Source: Octopus vulgaris
Taxonomy: Eukaryota
Direction of reading: 5' to 3'
Length of the DNA stretch: 64,000 nt
Assembly (NCBI GenBank): GCA_951406725.2
Contig: OX597826.1
Coordinates: 74,090,001-74,154,000 of the forward strand
Shown here in pieces: positions 23,430-37,252 of the stretch (within the stretch, counting starts at the first letter, position 1; each line of letters starts with the position of its first letter). Both the position numbers and the translations under genes were made by a program. The notes below the pieces were generated by a model that was not told the DNA's origin, ran no database searches, and worked only from the letters and a program-made list of their open reading frames with translations.

Positions 23430-24799
23430 GAAGGTGATTAATGTCTGTTTTTATGTTGGAACATGCTGTTTCTCTTTTTTAAAAAAGAAATTTCTTATCT
23501 TTATAAGTTAAGAATGTTTTCCACTATAAGTGGGCGCTAAAAAGTTCCGGCTTTGGGTAAAAAAAATAAAATAAAATAAAATAAAGGAGGATTGTTTAAT
23601 TGTGATTTTGTTTAACATATTTCCCTCTCAGATTCACACAGTTATTGCAGTGGTCCTTCAGTTTTTCTAAGCCCTGTAAAAGAACTCAGAAAGGTTAGGT
23701 CTCCAACAAGGTCTTTTGCGACATCCTTAAAGCCAGGAACTTTTCAGCAGCCCTTCGTAAATGTGTTTATCTGTGTAAATTCATACTTAACATTTTTGCA
23801 CTCAAACGTAGAAAGATCTTTGTTAAAGTAACTGTCTGAGAGAAGAAATCCTCTTTATAGACGATAAGAATTTTAAAAAACAACACCAAGACGAGCGCTC
23901 AATGACGTCATTGAACCGTAGATATTGAAAGTCGTTCATAGCTCACTAAGAAGTTCCATTCTTATATGTAAACAACAAAAAATACGTTTGCTGGTATGTG
24001 CTAAGCTTTGTCACGCAGGAATTAATCATCTTAAGAATAAGCCATTTCTAATTCTGGAATCCAAAGATAAGCAAACTGTCTTTATAATTATAATACCTAT
24101 CTACTTGTAATCTGAGAATGTTCTTACAAACGTATGTACATCGCACACCTTCTGAACCTCTGATAGAAAATATGTAGCGCTAGGCTTAGACTAAACCACG
24201 AAAAGGACATTTTCCATTCGTTTGCATCCGAGTTGGGCATGACAGGACTAGGACCTTTTATAGATTTCAATATTTTTTATTTTCTTTCCGTAGAATTTAA
24301 ACTTTTGCGGTATTTCAGTGCAAACGGAACCAATTTGCTCACTGGACGAGAATCCAACAGACTCTTCGAACTTGGATCATTTAGACCACACTGGAACGTA
24401 TGATACTTCACGAAGTTATAACTCTTTCGATGTACGACAATACTTGACATAAAAAAAATGAAAACTAAAGCACCAACAGATACCAATTAATCCTCTTTTG
24501 CAGCAGATTTTGCTTGGTCTTCCTTGGATGATTTTCCCGTAACAATTTTCCCTTTTCATTTGTTAGTAACTCTTTGCCTTTCTGCGGGGCGAGTTGATAT
24601 GAAACGGGTTAAACGAAACTTGTAAGTCGAGACAGCCAAATAGATAGGAGGTCAAGTATTTAAATCAAAACAACAGATTCAAAACTGACAATTTTTTTTT
24701 ATAGTCGCACTTGCCACGAAATTACCAATAACGTTAAGTGAGGACTATTATCTCCATAAATACACGCACGCACGCACACATACTTACATACACGTATAT

Positions 24800-25304
24800 A
24801 TTTCTTTATTGCCCAGAGGGGGCGAAACACATAGGGGACAAACAAGGAGAGACAAAGGGATTAAGTCGATTACATCTACCCCAGTGTGTAACTGGTACTT
24901 ATTTAATCGACCCAGAAAGGATGAAAGGCAAAGTCGACCTCGGCGGAATTTGAACTCAGAACGTAGCGGCAGCCGAAATACCTATTTCTTTGCTACCCAC
25001 AAGGGGCTACACACAGAGGGACAAATAAGGACAGACAAACGGATTAAGTCGATTAAAGATGAAAGGCAAAGTCGACCTCGGCGGAATTTGAACTCAGAAC
25101 GTAGCGGCAGCCGAAATACCTATTTCTTTACTACCCACAAGGGGCTACACACAGAGGGACAAATAAGGACAGACAAACGGATTAAGTCGATTAAGGATGA
25201 AAGGCAAAGTCGACCTCGGCGGAATTTGAACTCAGAACGTAACGGCAGACGAAATACGGTTACGCATTTCGCCCGGCGTGCTAACGTTTCTACCAGCTCG
25301 CCGC
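24800..25304 (-). repeat. SINE B tandem trimer with internally deleted units
   Basis: GATGAAAGGCAAAGTCGACCTCGGCGGAATTTGAACTCAGAACGTA occurs three times. Confidence 0.85.
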
Positions 25305-25662
25305 CCTCGAGCGGTTTGTGTGTTGCTGTGTTCGTGTCGCTACCCACAAGACCATTGAGACAACAGCACATACACGTATATATGTATATGAATACATACA
25401 TACATATGTTTGTATGTATTGTGTGTGTGTGTGTGTATAAATGACATACTTACTCGAGTCACTCCCACCAGGTTTATCTTCCCTTCCTTATAACTAACTC
25501 TCACCTGTGTCAACAGGTGTCCTCATTTCCTCGTATCATTTGTCCCAAACGTCACGCTATAACTTTCCACATTTTTAAATGTTGCCGTCGGACTAATTAA
25601 GTTTTTTTTTTACCTGGATATACCTCCCGATTTTCTGCACCTTTTCTTAAAAAAAAAAAAAA

Positions 25663-25666
25663 ATGG
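25663..25666 (+). CDS. Proteolipid/M6 family gene, coding exon 1 (ATG G)
   Basis: AAAATGG|GTGAGT: a consensus donor after ATG plus 1 nt supplies the phase-1 start needed by exon 2. Same arrangement as vertebrate PLP1 exon 1. Confidence 0.75.
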
Positions 25667-25831
25667 GTGAGTATTGTCAATACTGATTTGAGAATATGTG
25701 TATTTTCTATCACTTTACCTGAGTAAATGATAATTTGGCGAAGAGATTTGTCAGTGTATAAATTAGTGACGAGAAACTGTTCACAAGTTTTAAAATAATC
25801 ATTAATAATAACAACACAAATGTATTCTCAG

Positions 25832-25930
<99 letters not shown>

Positions 25931-25931
25931 G

Positions 25932-25981
<50 letters not shown>

Positions 25982-26024
25982 GTATAGTATGTGTGTGTAT
26001 ATATATATGTATGTATGTATAGTA

Positions 26025-26074
<50 letters not shown>

Positions 26075-27370
26075 GATATCCTTGTTGCTTATTTTGATTA
26101 TAATCATCCTATTTGATTTATATGGATAATACCATACCAAATTCTGGTGCCTTTAACTTAAGTACCATATTCATCTGAATCAAAATTTTTGCTGAACTTA
26201 TATATATATATATATATATATATAATGTTTTGAAGCACGTACTTGCAGAATTACGATTTGTAGTAAGTTATTACTACAAGCAACGATCGATCGGGTTTGG
26301 TGAATCAATTTAAACGACAATTGGAACTTTGGAACAATTTCATTTCCTGTTTTCGATGTTTCTGAGAACTTAGACTGCTTTTTTCCAGCTAGAAAAGAAC
26401 GGCGATCTTTTGGGGTTTTAGGGGCATTTAATATCAAAGATCCCCGAAAGAGTAAGTTACAAATCTTATTCAAAATAAATATTGTAACTGAATCCCAATT
26501 ACTTATGTTCAAAATATGTAAGTAGAGAGCAATATATTTACTAATTTGAACTAAGAATTATGGTATCGCCCTGTCATATCAATAAAGAAACTCTCCAATT
26601 CTCAAGCTATTGTCATCACTATTCACTGTTGTATGTATAAATTCATTAATTGGCCTATGGCTAACTTTAATTGTGTAGTTTACACCCGAGAAGTAGCCAT
26701 CTTATCGTTACTATAAGCTGTTCTCTGATTTAGGAATTTAAAGTATGTGGTCCTTATTTAAGAGAAGGGAGCGAGTTTGATGTTCTTGTTTAACTCAAGT
26801 CAATTATGATTTAACAGGTATACAATCAAGGACATTCCAATCATAACCATCTCGCCTTTTTGTGTGTCTACGACTACATTATATAATTGATCTTCTCTTT
26901 TCACAAGGTTTTTGGTATAATCTGATGGATATTTGGCTCCTATTTCTAACAGATCTAACGATCACATAGAGGTTCGTTAGGAGTTTATTATTGGCGGTGG
27001 TGGGACGTTTCGTCTGCTCATGAAAAGGAGTCACATAACGGCTCAGCCAAATTTTATTATTATTATTTCAGTAATCATTTCAGTAATTCAGCGGTGGATA
27101 TGACTCATAGCGAATCAAATTTCAGAAAAATCCAGTCCTTGCATTATTTACTCAGCATGACAAATGAAAGTTGAGTAAATTCGATTCAGCACTGATCAGG
27201 AACTGAAGCAAAGAAATTGTCAAAAAGACAAGATTTATTGCATATGACTAACGTGTTTCTACAACGTAAGCTTGTTGCGCTTTTAGGTTAAGACTTGTAA
27301 AGACAAGTAAACAATCGATGTGAAAATTGAAGGTGACTAGGAAAAACAAAAATAAAGTTAATTTGTATTG

Positions 27371-27803
27371 ATGGCGATCTTTCGTCTCTAGTAGACCTTT
27401 CCGTCGATTTCCGTAAAATTTTTTTTTTTTTTACATATGGGCTTGCGGGAACTTTTGAAGTAATATACATACATATACACATACACCGAGTAAAAAATTT
27501 CAGTTATCTCTTTCTTTCACACATTACTCTGTCTCTTCACACACACTAACAGAAGCACTTCACTTACACAACATACTGTCTGTCTCCACACCCCATCAAA
27601 CACACACACACACACACACACATGTACATCAATGCTTCCCCTGGACGGTAACTTCAAAAGAACTTCCCTCGTCATACAATCGCTTTCTCTTAGTCTCTTT
27701 CGCTCTCATTACTTCAAAAGTTCCCGCAAGTCCATATGTAAAAAAAAAAATTTTTTTTACGGAAATCGACGGAAAGGTCTACTAGAGACGAAAGATTGCC
27801 CAT
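27371..27803. mobile_element. MITE-like element with ~95-bp inverted arms in proteolipid intron 1
   Basis: 27371-27464 (GATCTTTCGTCTCTAGTAGACCTTTCCGTCGATTTCCGTAAAA...GGGAACTTTTGAAGTAAT) is the reverse complement of 27708-27803. Confidence 0.8.
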
Positions 27804-28561
27804 TATATTTAGTAAGAAGGAGATATACGTGAGGGAAAACTGCTTGCGAATAGTTTAATAGTTATGAACAGGTGAAAAGTACCACAGCTTGTCAGTTACA
27901 GAAAAAACAGATTTTAAGGTCTTCCGAATTTATGTCAAACCTGGAATTCTTCATAAATCATCATCATCATCATCGTTTAACGTCCGTTTCCCATGCTAGC
28001 ACGGGTTGGACGGTTCGACCGGTGTCTGGGAAGCCAGGAGGCTGCACCAGGCTCCAGTCTGATCTGGCAATGTTTCTACAGCTGGATGCCCTTCCTAACG
28101 CCAACCACTCCGTGAGTGTAGTGGGTGCTTTTTACGTGCCACCGGCACAGGTGCCAGGGGAGGCTGGCAATGGTTACGATCGGTTGGTGCTTTTTACGTG
28201 CCACCGGCACAGAAGCCAGAAGCTGGCATCGGCCACGTTTGGGTGGTGCTTTTTACGTGCCACTGGCACAGGTATATAAAAAGAATTCTATTGATGGTTT
28301 TTGTCTTGATTTTTTATGCTTCAATGTCCTGCTCTGGAGCAATGTGAAATAAAGTTTTTTGTTAAAGCACGCTACTCGCTGCCCAGTCCGAGAACTGAAA
28401 TGTCGATCTTACGATTGTGAGTGTGGCATCTTAATCACTTGGCCTCCACACTCTTAGATATTGAAAAAGGGGAAAATGGGATGGTCATGACCTGAACACC
28501 TTTGATCATATATCTGCTCAGTAAGGGTTGACCTGGAGCTAAGTAGCGTCACTATGTAGAT

Positions 28562-28872
28562 CAGTGGTTCTCAAAGTGGGTTCATATGACACTTTTGGGG
28601 GTCCGTATAAGATTTTGTTAAAAATTATGTGCAACAAATTGGTTATACTCTTACAAGACACAGAATATTTTAACAACCTCTGTTATACAGTTCCTAATAA
28701 TAATATTTAATAATAAAATCGTCCAACCCATGTCAGCATGGAGAACAAACAGTAAAGGATGAGAATGAAAAATGCCATAGCATATTTTAAAACATTGAAT
28801 GGCTATTGGAGTCCAATAGAATAAAATGGAAATCAAAGGGGTCCATAGGCAGAAAATAGTTGAGAACCCCTG
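28562..28872. mobile_element. hAT-type MITE (CAGTGGTTCTCAA termini)
   Basis: CAGTGGTTCTCAA ... TTGAGAACCCCTG; related element at 39780-40121. No clear TSD. Confidence 0.6.
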
Positions 28873-30180
28873 AGAGACTGAGGTCAGGAGAGAGAGAGAG
28901 AGAGAGAGAGAGAGCAGATGCTCTGAATAAAATGCACCCAACAATGTTTGCAAGTGGTTGGGTACATCTAGTTTGAAAAATCATGCTCCTTGAAAAGCAT
29001 CACACTCCTAATATCAAAGATTGGAGTTTTCTGTTTCTGTATGTAAAGGATCACAATACCTATTTCTTTACTACCCACAAGGGGCTAAACACAGAGAGGA
29101 CAAACGGATTAAGTTGATTATATAAATATAGATTTTTAGTTGAAACTGACCACTTTTTTAAATTCTGGACGGTCATTTTTTATTTTTGACAAATAAGCAG
29201 ACGCACCATATATTCGTTCTTCATTCATTTATTATTGTTCTTATTTTATTTTATGCCCATTGTCTGGGAATCTTTCATCTCACACCTGTGACCTCTTCAG
29301 CAACCCTTTCCATCCATGTGTATCCTCCTCTGCTTAGTCCATTCTGTCCCTCTACAAATTTCATTTTGACAATTTTTAGCATTTTGCTGTGTAGTAAGAA
29401 GTTTGCTTCTTAACCACATGGTTTCAAATTCAATCCTACTGCATGGCACCTTGGGCAAGTGTCTCCTGCAATAGCTCCACACTGCCCAAAGCCTTGTGAG
29501 TGGATTTGGTAAACAGCAACTAAAAGGGGCCTGTCAGGTATATATATATGTATTTGTTACGGTCTCCTTGTCTTGACATTGTGTGTGAGAGTTGTAGACA
29601 AATGTCACCACCATGCAAGCAGAATTTGAACTCAGAACGTAACAACAGACAAAATACCGCTAAGCATTTCACCTGGCGTGCTAATGTTTCTTCCAGCTTG
29701 CCACCTTAGAAAGAAAATTCTTTTCTACTCTAGGCACAAGGCTTAAAATTTTTGGAGAGGGGACCAGTTGATTAGATTGATCACAGTACGCAACTGGTAC
29801 TTAATTTATCAACCTTGACAGGATGAAAAGCAAAGTCAACCTCTGTGGAATTTGAACTCAGAACATAGACAGACAAAATATCACTAAGCATTTCACCCGG
29901 CGTGCTAACATTTCTTATTTCTTTATTGCCCACAAGGGGCTACACACAGAGGGGACAGACAAAGGGATTAAGTCAATTACATCGACCTCAGACTGGTACT
30001 TAATTTATTGACTCCGAAAGGATGAAAGGCAAATTTGACCTCGACGGAATTTGAACTCAGAATGTTAAGACAGACGAAATACTGCTAAGCATTTCGTCTG
30101 GCATGCTAACATTTCTGCCAGTTTGCCGCCTTTATCACAAATAATGAGTAGCTAAGAATTAACCATTTTTTCTACGATGT

Positions 30181-30535
30181 TTAACCCATTTGTGCCGAAA
30201 TTTTTCTAGTGAATGAAATTGCCTGAAAATTCACAAATACTATTGTTTTGACCTAAATAACAACTGGAAAGAAATTTCATTGAAACCCATTTGATACAGA
30301 CTGCATACGTGTTAAGAACATACTCTTTTACTCGTTTCAGTCATTTGACTGTGGCCATGCTGGAGCACCGCCTTTACTCAAGCAACTCGACCCCGGGACT
30401 TATTCTTTTGTAAGCCCAGTACTTATTCTATCGGTCTCTTTTGCCGAACCGCTAATTGACGGGGACATAAACACACCAGCATCGGTTGTCAAGCAATGCT
30501 AGGGGCCAAACACAGACACACAAACACACACACGC

Positions 30536-30566
<31 letters not shown>

Positions 30567-30855
30567 CATATATACGACGGGCTTCTTTCAGTTTCCGTCT
30601 ACCAAATCCACTCACAAAGCTTTGGTCGGCCCGAGGCTATAGTAGAAGACACTTAACCAAGGTGCCACGCAGTGGGACTGAACCCGGAACCATGTACGGT
30701 TGGTAGACAAGCTACTTACCACACAGCCACTCCTGCGCCTATGTTTCGTTCTTTGATACAAATCATGCACAAATCACAATTCGTATCAAGTATTTGTTTT
30801 ATACCCTTATAAATTAAGGGTCAGTTTAAATGGACGATTGGCATGAATGGGTTAA
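30181..30855. mobile_element. piggyBac-type MITE with a nested SINE A (30323-30742)
   Basis: TTAA-CCCATTTGTGCC ... GGCATGAATGGG-TTAA termini. Confidence 0.7.
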
Positions 30856-30940
30856 ATATTTTGAATGGGATTGAACTATAAAAAATCCATTTATATTTTA
30901 ATAAATTTTTTGTAAGTTAAAATTTATGATTTTCTTACAG

Positions 30941-31097
30941 GTCAGCGTGTCAAGATAAGTGATGTCCCATTTGCATCGGTGATAGCAGCCGTTATGGGTG
31001 TCATTAGTATTTCGGTGTTTGCTGGTACCATGTACGAAGCTCTGAAAATTTTTACAGTATATATATTTGAAGATTTATTTCATTACAGACTGTCTTG
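30941..31097 (+). CDS. Proteolipid/M6 family gene, exon 2
   Basis: ttttcttacag|..|gtaatt; (G)QRVKISDVPFASVIAAVMGVISISVFAGTMYEALKIFTVYIFEDLFHYRLS(W). The VP[FY]AS.IA motif and TM1 of the PLP/M6 family. Confidence 0.9.
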
Positions 31098-31394
31098 GTA
31101 ATTAAAACTTTTTGTCCTTTTCTTTGTATTTCATTTTAATTTTTATTTATTTTATTTTTATCAGTAGCGTCTTTTATCTTTTACTTGTTTCAGTCATTAG
31201 ACTGCGGCCATGCTGGGGCACCACTTTGAAGAACCTTTAGAATTTTCAGTCAAATGAATTGACCCTACTACTTATTTCTTTTTAAAGCCTGGTACTTATT
31301 CTATCAGTCTCTTTTGCTGAACTGCTAAGTTATGGGGATGTAAATGCACCGACACCAGTTGCAAGCAGTGGTGAGGAACAAACACAGACACCAC

Positions 31395-31451
<57 letters not shown>

Positions 31452-32539
31452 AACATATACATACACATACATACAATAGGCTTCTTTCAGTTTTCACCTA
31501 CCTAATCCTCTCACAAGGCTTTGGTTGACCCTAGCCCCTAGCCTATTGTAGAAAACATTTGCCCAAGGTGCCACACAGTGGGACTGAACCTGGAACCATG
31601 TGGTTGGGAAGCAAGCTTCTTATCACACAGCCATGCCTTGAAGTTCTTTAACCTCATGATAACGAGCTTTTTTTTTTATCAAGCAACTAGGTTGCATTGA
31701 CAGTAATCATCTTGGCTGAGATCAGCAATTAGCGCACGACAATGGTTCGGTGTATATTTACATCAACCGCTTTAACCAGTTCGCGGTGGTGATTCAGTCG
31801 GGTTGCCTGCTTGCAGCAACAGAGATCATGCCAATTGAGGTCAGTGTGAGATAATATTCGGGCATACATTTATCTCAACTGCTTTTGTGTAAGTACTGTT
31901 TACCTAAACTATATCTCTGTGTAAGATATTTCTGTATAAGATTACTCGATAACACAAGTCAGATCAACTTCCTGTATTTGCAATCATGTGAATTCAAATA
32001 TTGACTCTAGTGTGGTAGAGTTCAAAACAGAGTACCACACACAATGGCATATTATATTGTGAGCAATGGTACCTAGTTTCCCTTTTGCTTTTCATACTGT
32101 ACGTCTTTTTAAAGCATTTGTCTTCTTGGTGGTGGGGAAACAGTTACTCTCTTTTACACTTTTACTTGTTTCAGTCATTTGACTGCAGCCATGCTGGAGC
32201 ACCGCCTTTAATCGAGCAAATCGACCCTGGGACTTATTCTTTGTAAGCCCAGTACTTATTCTATCGGTCTCTTTTGCCAAACCATTAAGTTATGGGGACG
32301 TAAACACACCAACATAAGTTGTCAAGTGAAGTTCGGGGGACAAACACAGACACACAAACACACACACATATATATATATATACATATATACAACAGGCTT
32401 CTTTCAGTTTCCGTCTACCAAATCCACTCACAAGGCATTGGTCGTCCCGGGGCTATAGCAGAAGACACTTGCCCAAGATGCCGCGCAGTGGCACTGAACC
32501 CGGAACCATGTGGTTGGTTAGCAAGCTACTTACCACACA

Positions 32540-34123
32540 GCCACTCCTGTGCCTATACTGTAGGTCTTTTTAAAGCATTTGTCTTCTTGGCGGTGGTGGG
32601 GAAACAGTTGTGGAAAATGTTCATTTCCCCTCACCATGCGGTGAGGAGGGAGTCCAGCGTGGGGACGTCCACACGTTGTGTACTTTGGCAGGTCTGATGC
32701 ATCTATCATTTTTAAGGAACAATAGATTCTTAAATGTCAATCCATCCCCCACACCGCCAAGCATCTGCCAAATCAAATGTGAGCTCACGACACACATGTC
32801 AACTATATACAAGAAAATTTTTTTGTACAATTTCTCACCAATTTGTATGTCATAGCCAGGTAACCTGAGCTATCGACCCCACCCATCCCTTCCTTGTATG
32901 AAACAACTACACTCGGTTTCAGTATGGCATTACTGTCCGTATCTTCTTTCCTAGTGTCCTTAACTCTTGCAGAATGCATTGTGCATAACATGCAGATGTT
33001 TTTCTTGTCATACCACACTAGAATGAGAATGCCACTATCGGTGCATCGGTACGCTGTTTACTCCTTTCGAAGTTTTATCTTGTGAAGATTGGGCGGCATG
33101 TTTTTCCTGTGCTTCCTCACAGTCCTACAGGTATTAATCCTCGCCTGCAGGAAGAGGTCTCAACTGGAAAACCAGTTGTCCATATTGTAGCATTTGTCAA
33201 ACAAGTTTTCATTCAGCGACAATATGACATCAGTTGACGCTAGAGTAGACGTGAGAAGATCCAATCTGGCCCGACAAATGTAGATTTTGTAATTTCACGT
33301 GTACCCACAGGCTCTGCCAGTTGACTGGCATACTTTATAAACCTTGATTCCAAAGCCGGCACGTTTGGTCAGGTTGTATTGTTTGAAGTGGAGCCTTCCC
33401 TTGAATTTCCAGAAACTCTCGTCCATACAAGTGTCCTGAATGGGGATACACATCATTCTGAAATTGTCAGCCACTTCATCAACGATAGGATGTATTTTGT
33501 GCAGCCTGTCATCCTGGTTCTCACCTGAGTTGAAATGTAGATTTTGAAGAAGCGTCAAAAATCGATCACGTAGCATTGTTTCTGGAAAGAGAGGTGTCGA
33601 CGTGGCTGGATCCTGATTACAATATGATGCCAAGGTTGGTTTCTTCACGATGTCCATCCATATCAGCAAGGCAAACAGAACTTTGATCTCGTTCCCTGTG
33701 GTTGGGAAACCAATCACCACCATGCCCGGGTCTGTCATGCTGGGGGTGGTTTTCAGCTTAGTCATTCATTTCTTAGTCATTCATCTGAACTGGAAGAAAC
33801 AACTGGTGAGGTGGTGCAGTTTGGTGTAGCTTGGCACGACAACCATAAATTTGATGAAACAGGACGCAACGATGAAGTTGACGGAGTTAGAGTGCTAGGA
33901 CATGGCAGCTGTAAATTCGATGAAACAGGACATGATGATGAAGTTGACAGAGTCGGAGTGGCAGGACAGCCTATTGGGTTGTAAATATTTACATGAAACA
34001 TCTAATCGGCCTCTCTGTTGGCAAGTAGACTGGTACTAAGTCAGGTGGTGTATAATTATGGCGACTGATTTAATGCATGTACATTGTGTGTGTAAATTTA
34101 TGTCAACCATTTTAAAAGGGTTA
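32540..34123 (-). mobile_element. Decayed piggyBac (PGBD4-like DDE) transposon in proteolipid intron 2
   Basis: ORF 33295-33765: MLRDRFLTLLQNLHF, DRLHKIHPIVD, MDESFWKFKGRLHFKQY..KRAGFGIKVY..C. Further broken frames (DNWFSS) lie to the left; an AAAGGG-TTAA terminus ends at about 34123. Confidence 0.85.
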
Positions 34124-35377
34124 AATTGCACATTGGATAGCCATAATTCACAATGTAAATGCGAAGTGGTTGTTGTTTAACCACAGATCAGCTCTGATCA
34201 AGCAGACGCTATGATCAAAAGCATTCATGGTTATCTCATCTTCACAGATATTGGAGCTTAGACTACATCATCCAATTTGTCCTTCAGTTTTTAAAAGCAG
34301 GATTCAAGAGACATTTGTTTGCTATGTTTAGCATGTTGATTGCCCATTAGGGAATCCCTCAGTGAAGTGTTCAATTGCTAGATGTTCACTTCAGTGTTTC
34401 CTGAAACTTTTCTATGCTTCACACCTCTAGGAAATGTATGATTGATTTTAACATCCAACCATGTGGTCCTGGGCTCAATGCCACAATGTCTTGGGCAAGT
34501 GTCTTCTCCTATAGCCTTGGGCAACTAAATCCTTGTGAGTGGATATGGTAGACAGTCCATTGTATGTGTATATGTATGCTTGTGTGCATGTGTTTGTGTG
34601 TATTCTTGTCTTAATGTCACTTGATGGTTGTAAACAAGTTTCACCATCATACTAGTGGTGTTGTTCATTTCCAATCTTCCATGGAAAAACATGTCAGGTC
34701 ATGAGGGAACATTACCTTGCCTGGAAACAGGTGAATGTTGGTGACAGGAAAGGCATCTGCCCATAGAAATGTTGCCTCAACAATTTCTGTCTGACCTATG
34801 CAAGTGTGGAAAAGTGGACATTAAATGATGATGATGATGATGATGGCTATAACAATGATGGCAGCGATGGTGATAATTATGATATACTTTCACTCTTTGT
34901 GGCGCCTCCTGAAATGCCATCTTGCTATCTAGGTTAGGAATCCTTGGTTCTGTTGGATTGCAGTGCTGAGTTCAAATTTGGTATATAGATCAGTATTTTA
35001 TTTGTTCAAAGTGAGAGACCTCTCTCAACTCTTTAAAACCTTGAAAAACTTGAATATTCTCCAGCATGCCACAAAATATAAACACCTCCAACATATAAAA
35101 CAAACAGCTGTTTTTTTCCCCCATATTTGTTTTTTGTAACTTCAAATTGCTAAGTTAAAGGGAAAGTGCAAGATATTGATAAATTGAAATATTTTAAGGT
35201 CTCTTATTGAACAATTGATTAAATTATATTATTGATATTTTATAAGCAATTGAAAACTTTTAAGGAGAAAATAATACATTTGAATGAAAATTTGAATGTT
35301 AAACACTTTAACAGATTATTTTTCCATTTGATCTTTCAACCAAACATTAACAAAATGTTTTAAATTTTTCTTTTCAG

Positions 35378-35537
35378 GTTGGAAACCATTCAAGATACAT
35401 TTTTAATTATTGCCATTACAATGGCACTTTATGTAGTTTTCCTTCTCGTATTTGGTGTATTGGTGACTGGTGCCACACGTCGTCATGTATACGGTGGAAT
35501 GTCATGCATAATGGGGGGACAGACGTCAGCGATTTTT
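35378..35537 (+). CDS. Proteolipid/M6 family gene, exon 3
   Basis: cttttcag|..|gtaagt; LETIQDTFLIIAITMALYVVFLLVFGVLVTGATRRHVYGGMSCIMGGQTSAIF. Contains the invertebrate M6 G.L.TGATR..VY.....GG motif. Confidence 0.92.
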
Positions 35538-36659
35538 GTAAGTGTTTAACTATTATTCTATTTTTGTTGCCTTTGAGTTTAGAATTACTGGTTTCAATTC
35601 AACTTGATTGTACTTCCTTTAAAAAGTCTAAACCAAAGCTGAAAAGTTTGCAAATTGCATTAAAGTTAGCAAAACTGAACAAGTTTTTGTGCAACAAAGG
35701 TAGCCAAAAAAAAAAAAAAAAAAAAAAGGAGAATTCTAAAATCTTTTCAAATCTTAATTCTACTTTGATTGTGTTGTAAAACATGTGACTTACAACTCTG
35801 ACTTTGAATCATTAATCCCAGGTTCAATCAAAGAGCAATCAATTACTTTGAATTCTTTTTGATCTTGGTTTGTTGATGTGGGATGACGTCAGCAGCTGGG
35901 TGCGTTGACCGGAAGCTGGGGCAGCCGTCAGGCTTGCGCAGGCAGCGGTCAATTCGGCCTTTTCCAACATGGGTCGTCGCGGTGTCAAGACGTGTGAAGA
36001 CGTCGCTAAGGTTTGGGTGAGCAGCTGCTATCTTTAGTGTTCGGGTTGGGGCTGTGTCGAAGGATTAGTTACCACTGAAGGGTTTCCATCACGAGGAAGA
36101 GAAGGTAGGTGCCTTTATATTTGAATCGCGCGGGCACCAACAAATCTTTGACTCTTCTTGATAGTACTTACTAAACACAGCTCATTGAGGCTCCTCACAA
36201 ACAACTCCTTTATGAAATTCTATTGAGCACTTTTATCTCTAACCTTTGTAAATTTTTCTTACCATCATCATTTTACACCTGATTTCCATGCTGATGTGTT
36301 TTGGACAGGTCATTACAGCCTCAGTCAATGTTTATCCAGAGTTACTTCCTCCTAGATGAAGCGGAGGACTGTGCCTTGCTCATATGTTACTCTTTTGACT
36401 TGGCTTCTGTAGTTGGATGCTCTTTCTAACACTAATGCCTTTACAGAGTATACTGGGTACATTTTATCTGGTACCAGCACCAGAGAGGTTGGCGTATCTT
36501 TGACAAGAATTGAAGTTCCTCTCAGACCTTCCATAATCTCACCTAATTATGAATTTCAAAATCCTCCAGCACAACAATTTTCCTTTACATATATAAATGA
36601 TATTAATGAATCTCACTGTGTGTGTCAAATTACTAAGAATTCTTTTTGTAATATTTCAG

Positions 36660-36822
36660 TTAATGGTTCTAACATATATTTGCCATATAATATGGATCCT
36701 TATTATATCGGCGTGTATTATACCAATTCTTTTATACGTTATGTTCATTGAACTTTGTAATCAACATGTATTCAACAAAAAAGCAGAAGATATCAAATTT
36801 TGTATGGATCTCAGTAATTTTG
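36660..36822 (+). CDS. Proteolipid/M6 family gene, exon 4
   Basis: atttcag|..|gtgtgt; LMVLTYICHIIWILIISACIIPILLYVMFIELCNQHVFNKKAEDIKFCMDLSNF(G). TM3 and the C.DL..FG motif. Confidence 0.9.
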
Positions 36823-37024
36823 GTGTGTATGAATATTATTTATATATTTTCTTTTATCTTTTATCTGATAAAGTATATTCCATGTGAGATTTGGTAACAG
36901 CTAAGAAAATGGGAAAACTAAGAAAGATTCCACATTAGTAGAGATTAAATGATTAGCTGATTAATTGGCAGTTAATGATAAGCCAGAAATAGACTAATGA
37001 AGAATTTTTGTTAAGTAGATCCCA

Positions 37025-37252
37025 TTAACCTTTTTGTTACCAACCTGGCTGAAACCGGCTTTGGATCTAATTACAAATGTCTTGTTTTCATAAGTTTTGA
37101 ATTAAAATCTTCCACCAAACCTTTGTCACGATTTATGTTCCTAACACTAGCTTAATGATAACTAAGTTATTTTACTAAATTCTATGTTATATTTAAATTA
37201 ATTGAAAGAAACACAGAGCATCTCAAAATAAATACAGTAACGAAAGGGTTAA
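37025..37252. mobile_element. piggyBac-type MITE
   Basis: TTAA-CCTTTTTGTTAC ... GTAACGAAAGGG-TTAA. Confidence 0.75.

Noticed and set aside
24809-25444. 211-aa ORF with internal repeats
   Set aside because: Read-through of the tandem SINE B trimer.
33295-33765. Domesticated PGBD host gene
   Set aside because: Flanking frames are broken by stops and frameshifts and a SINE is inserted next to it; it is a decayed transposon.
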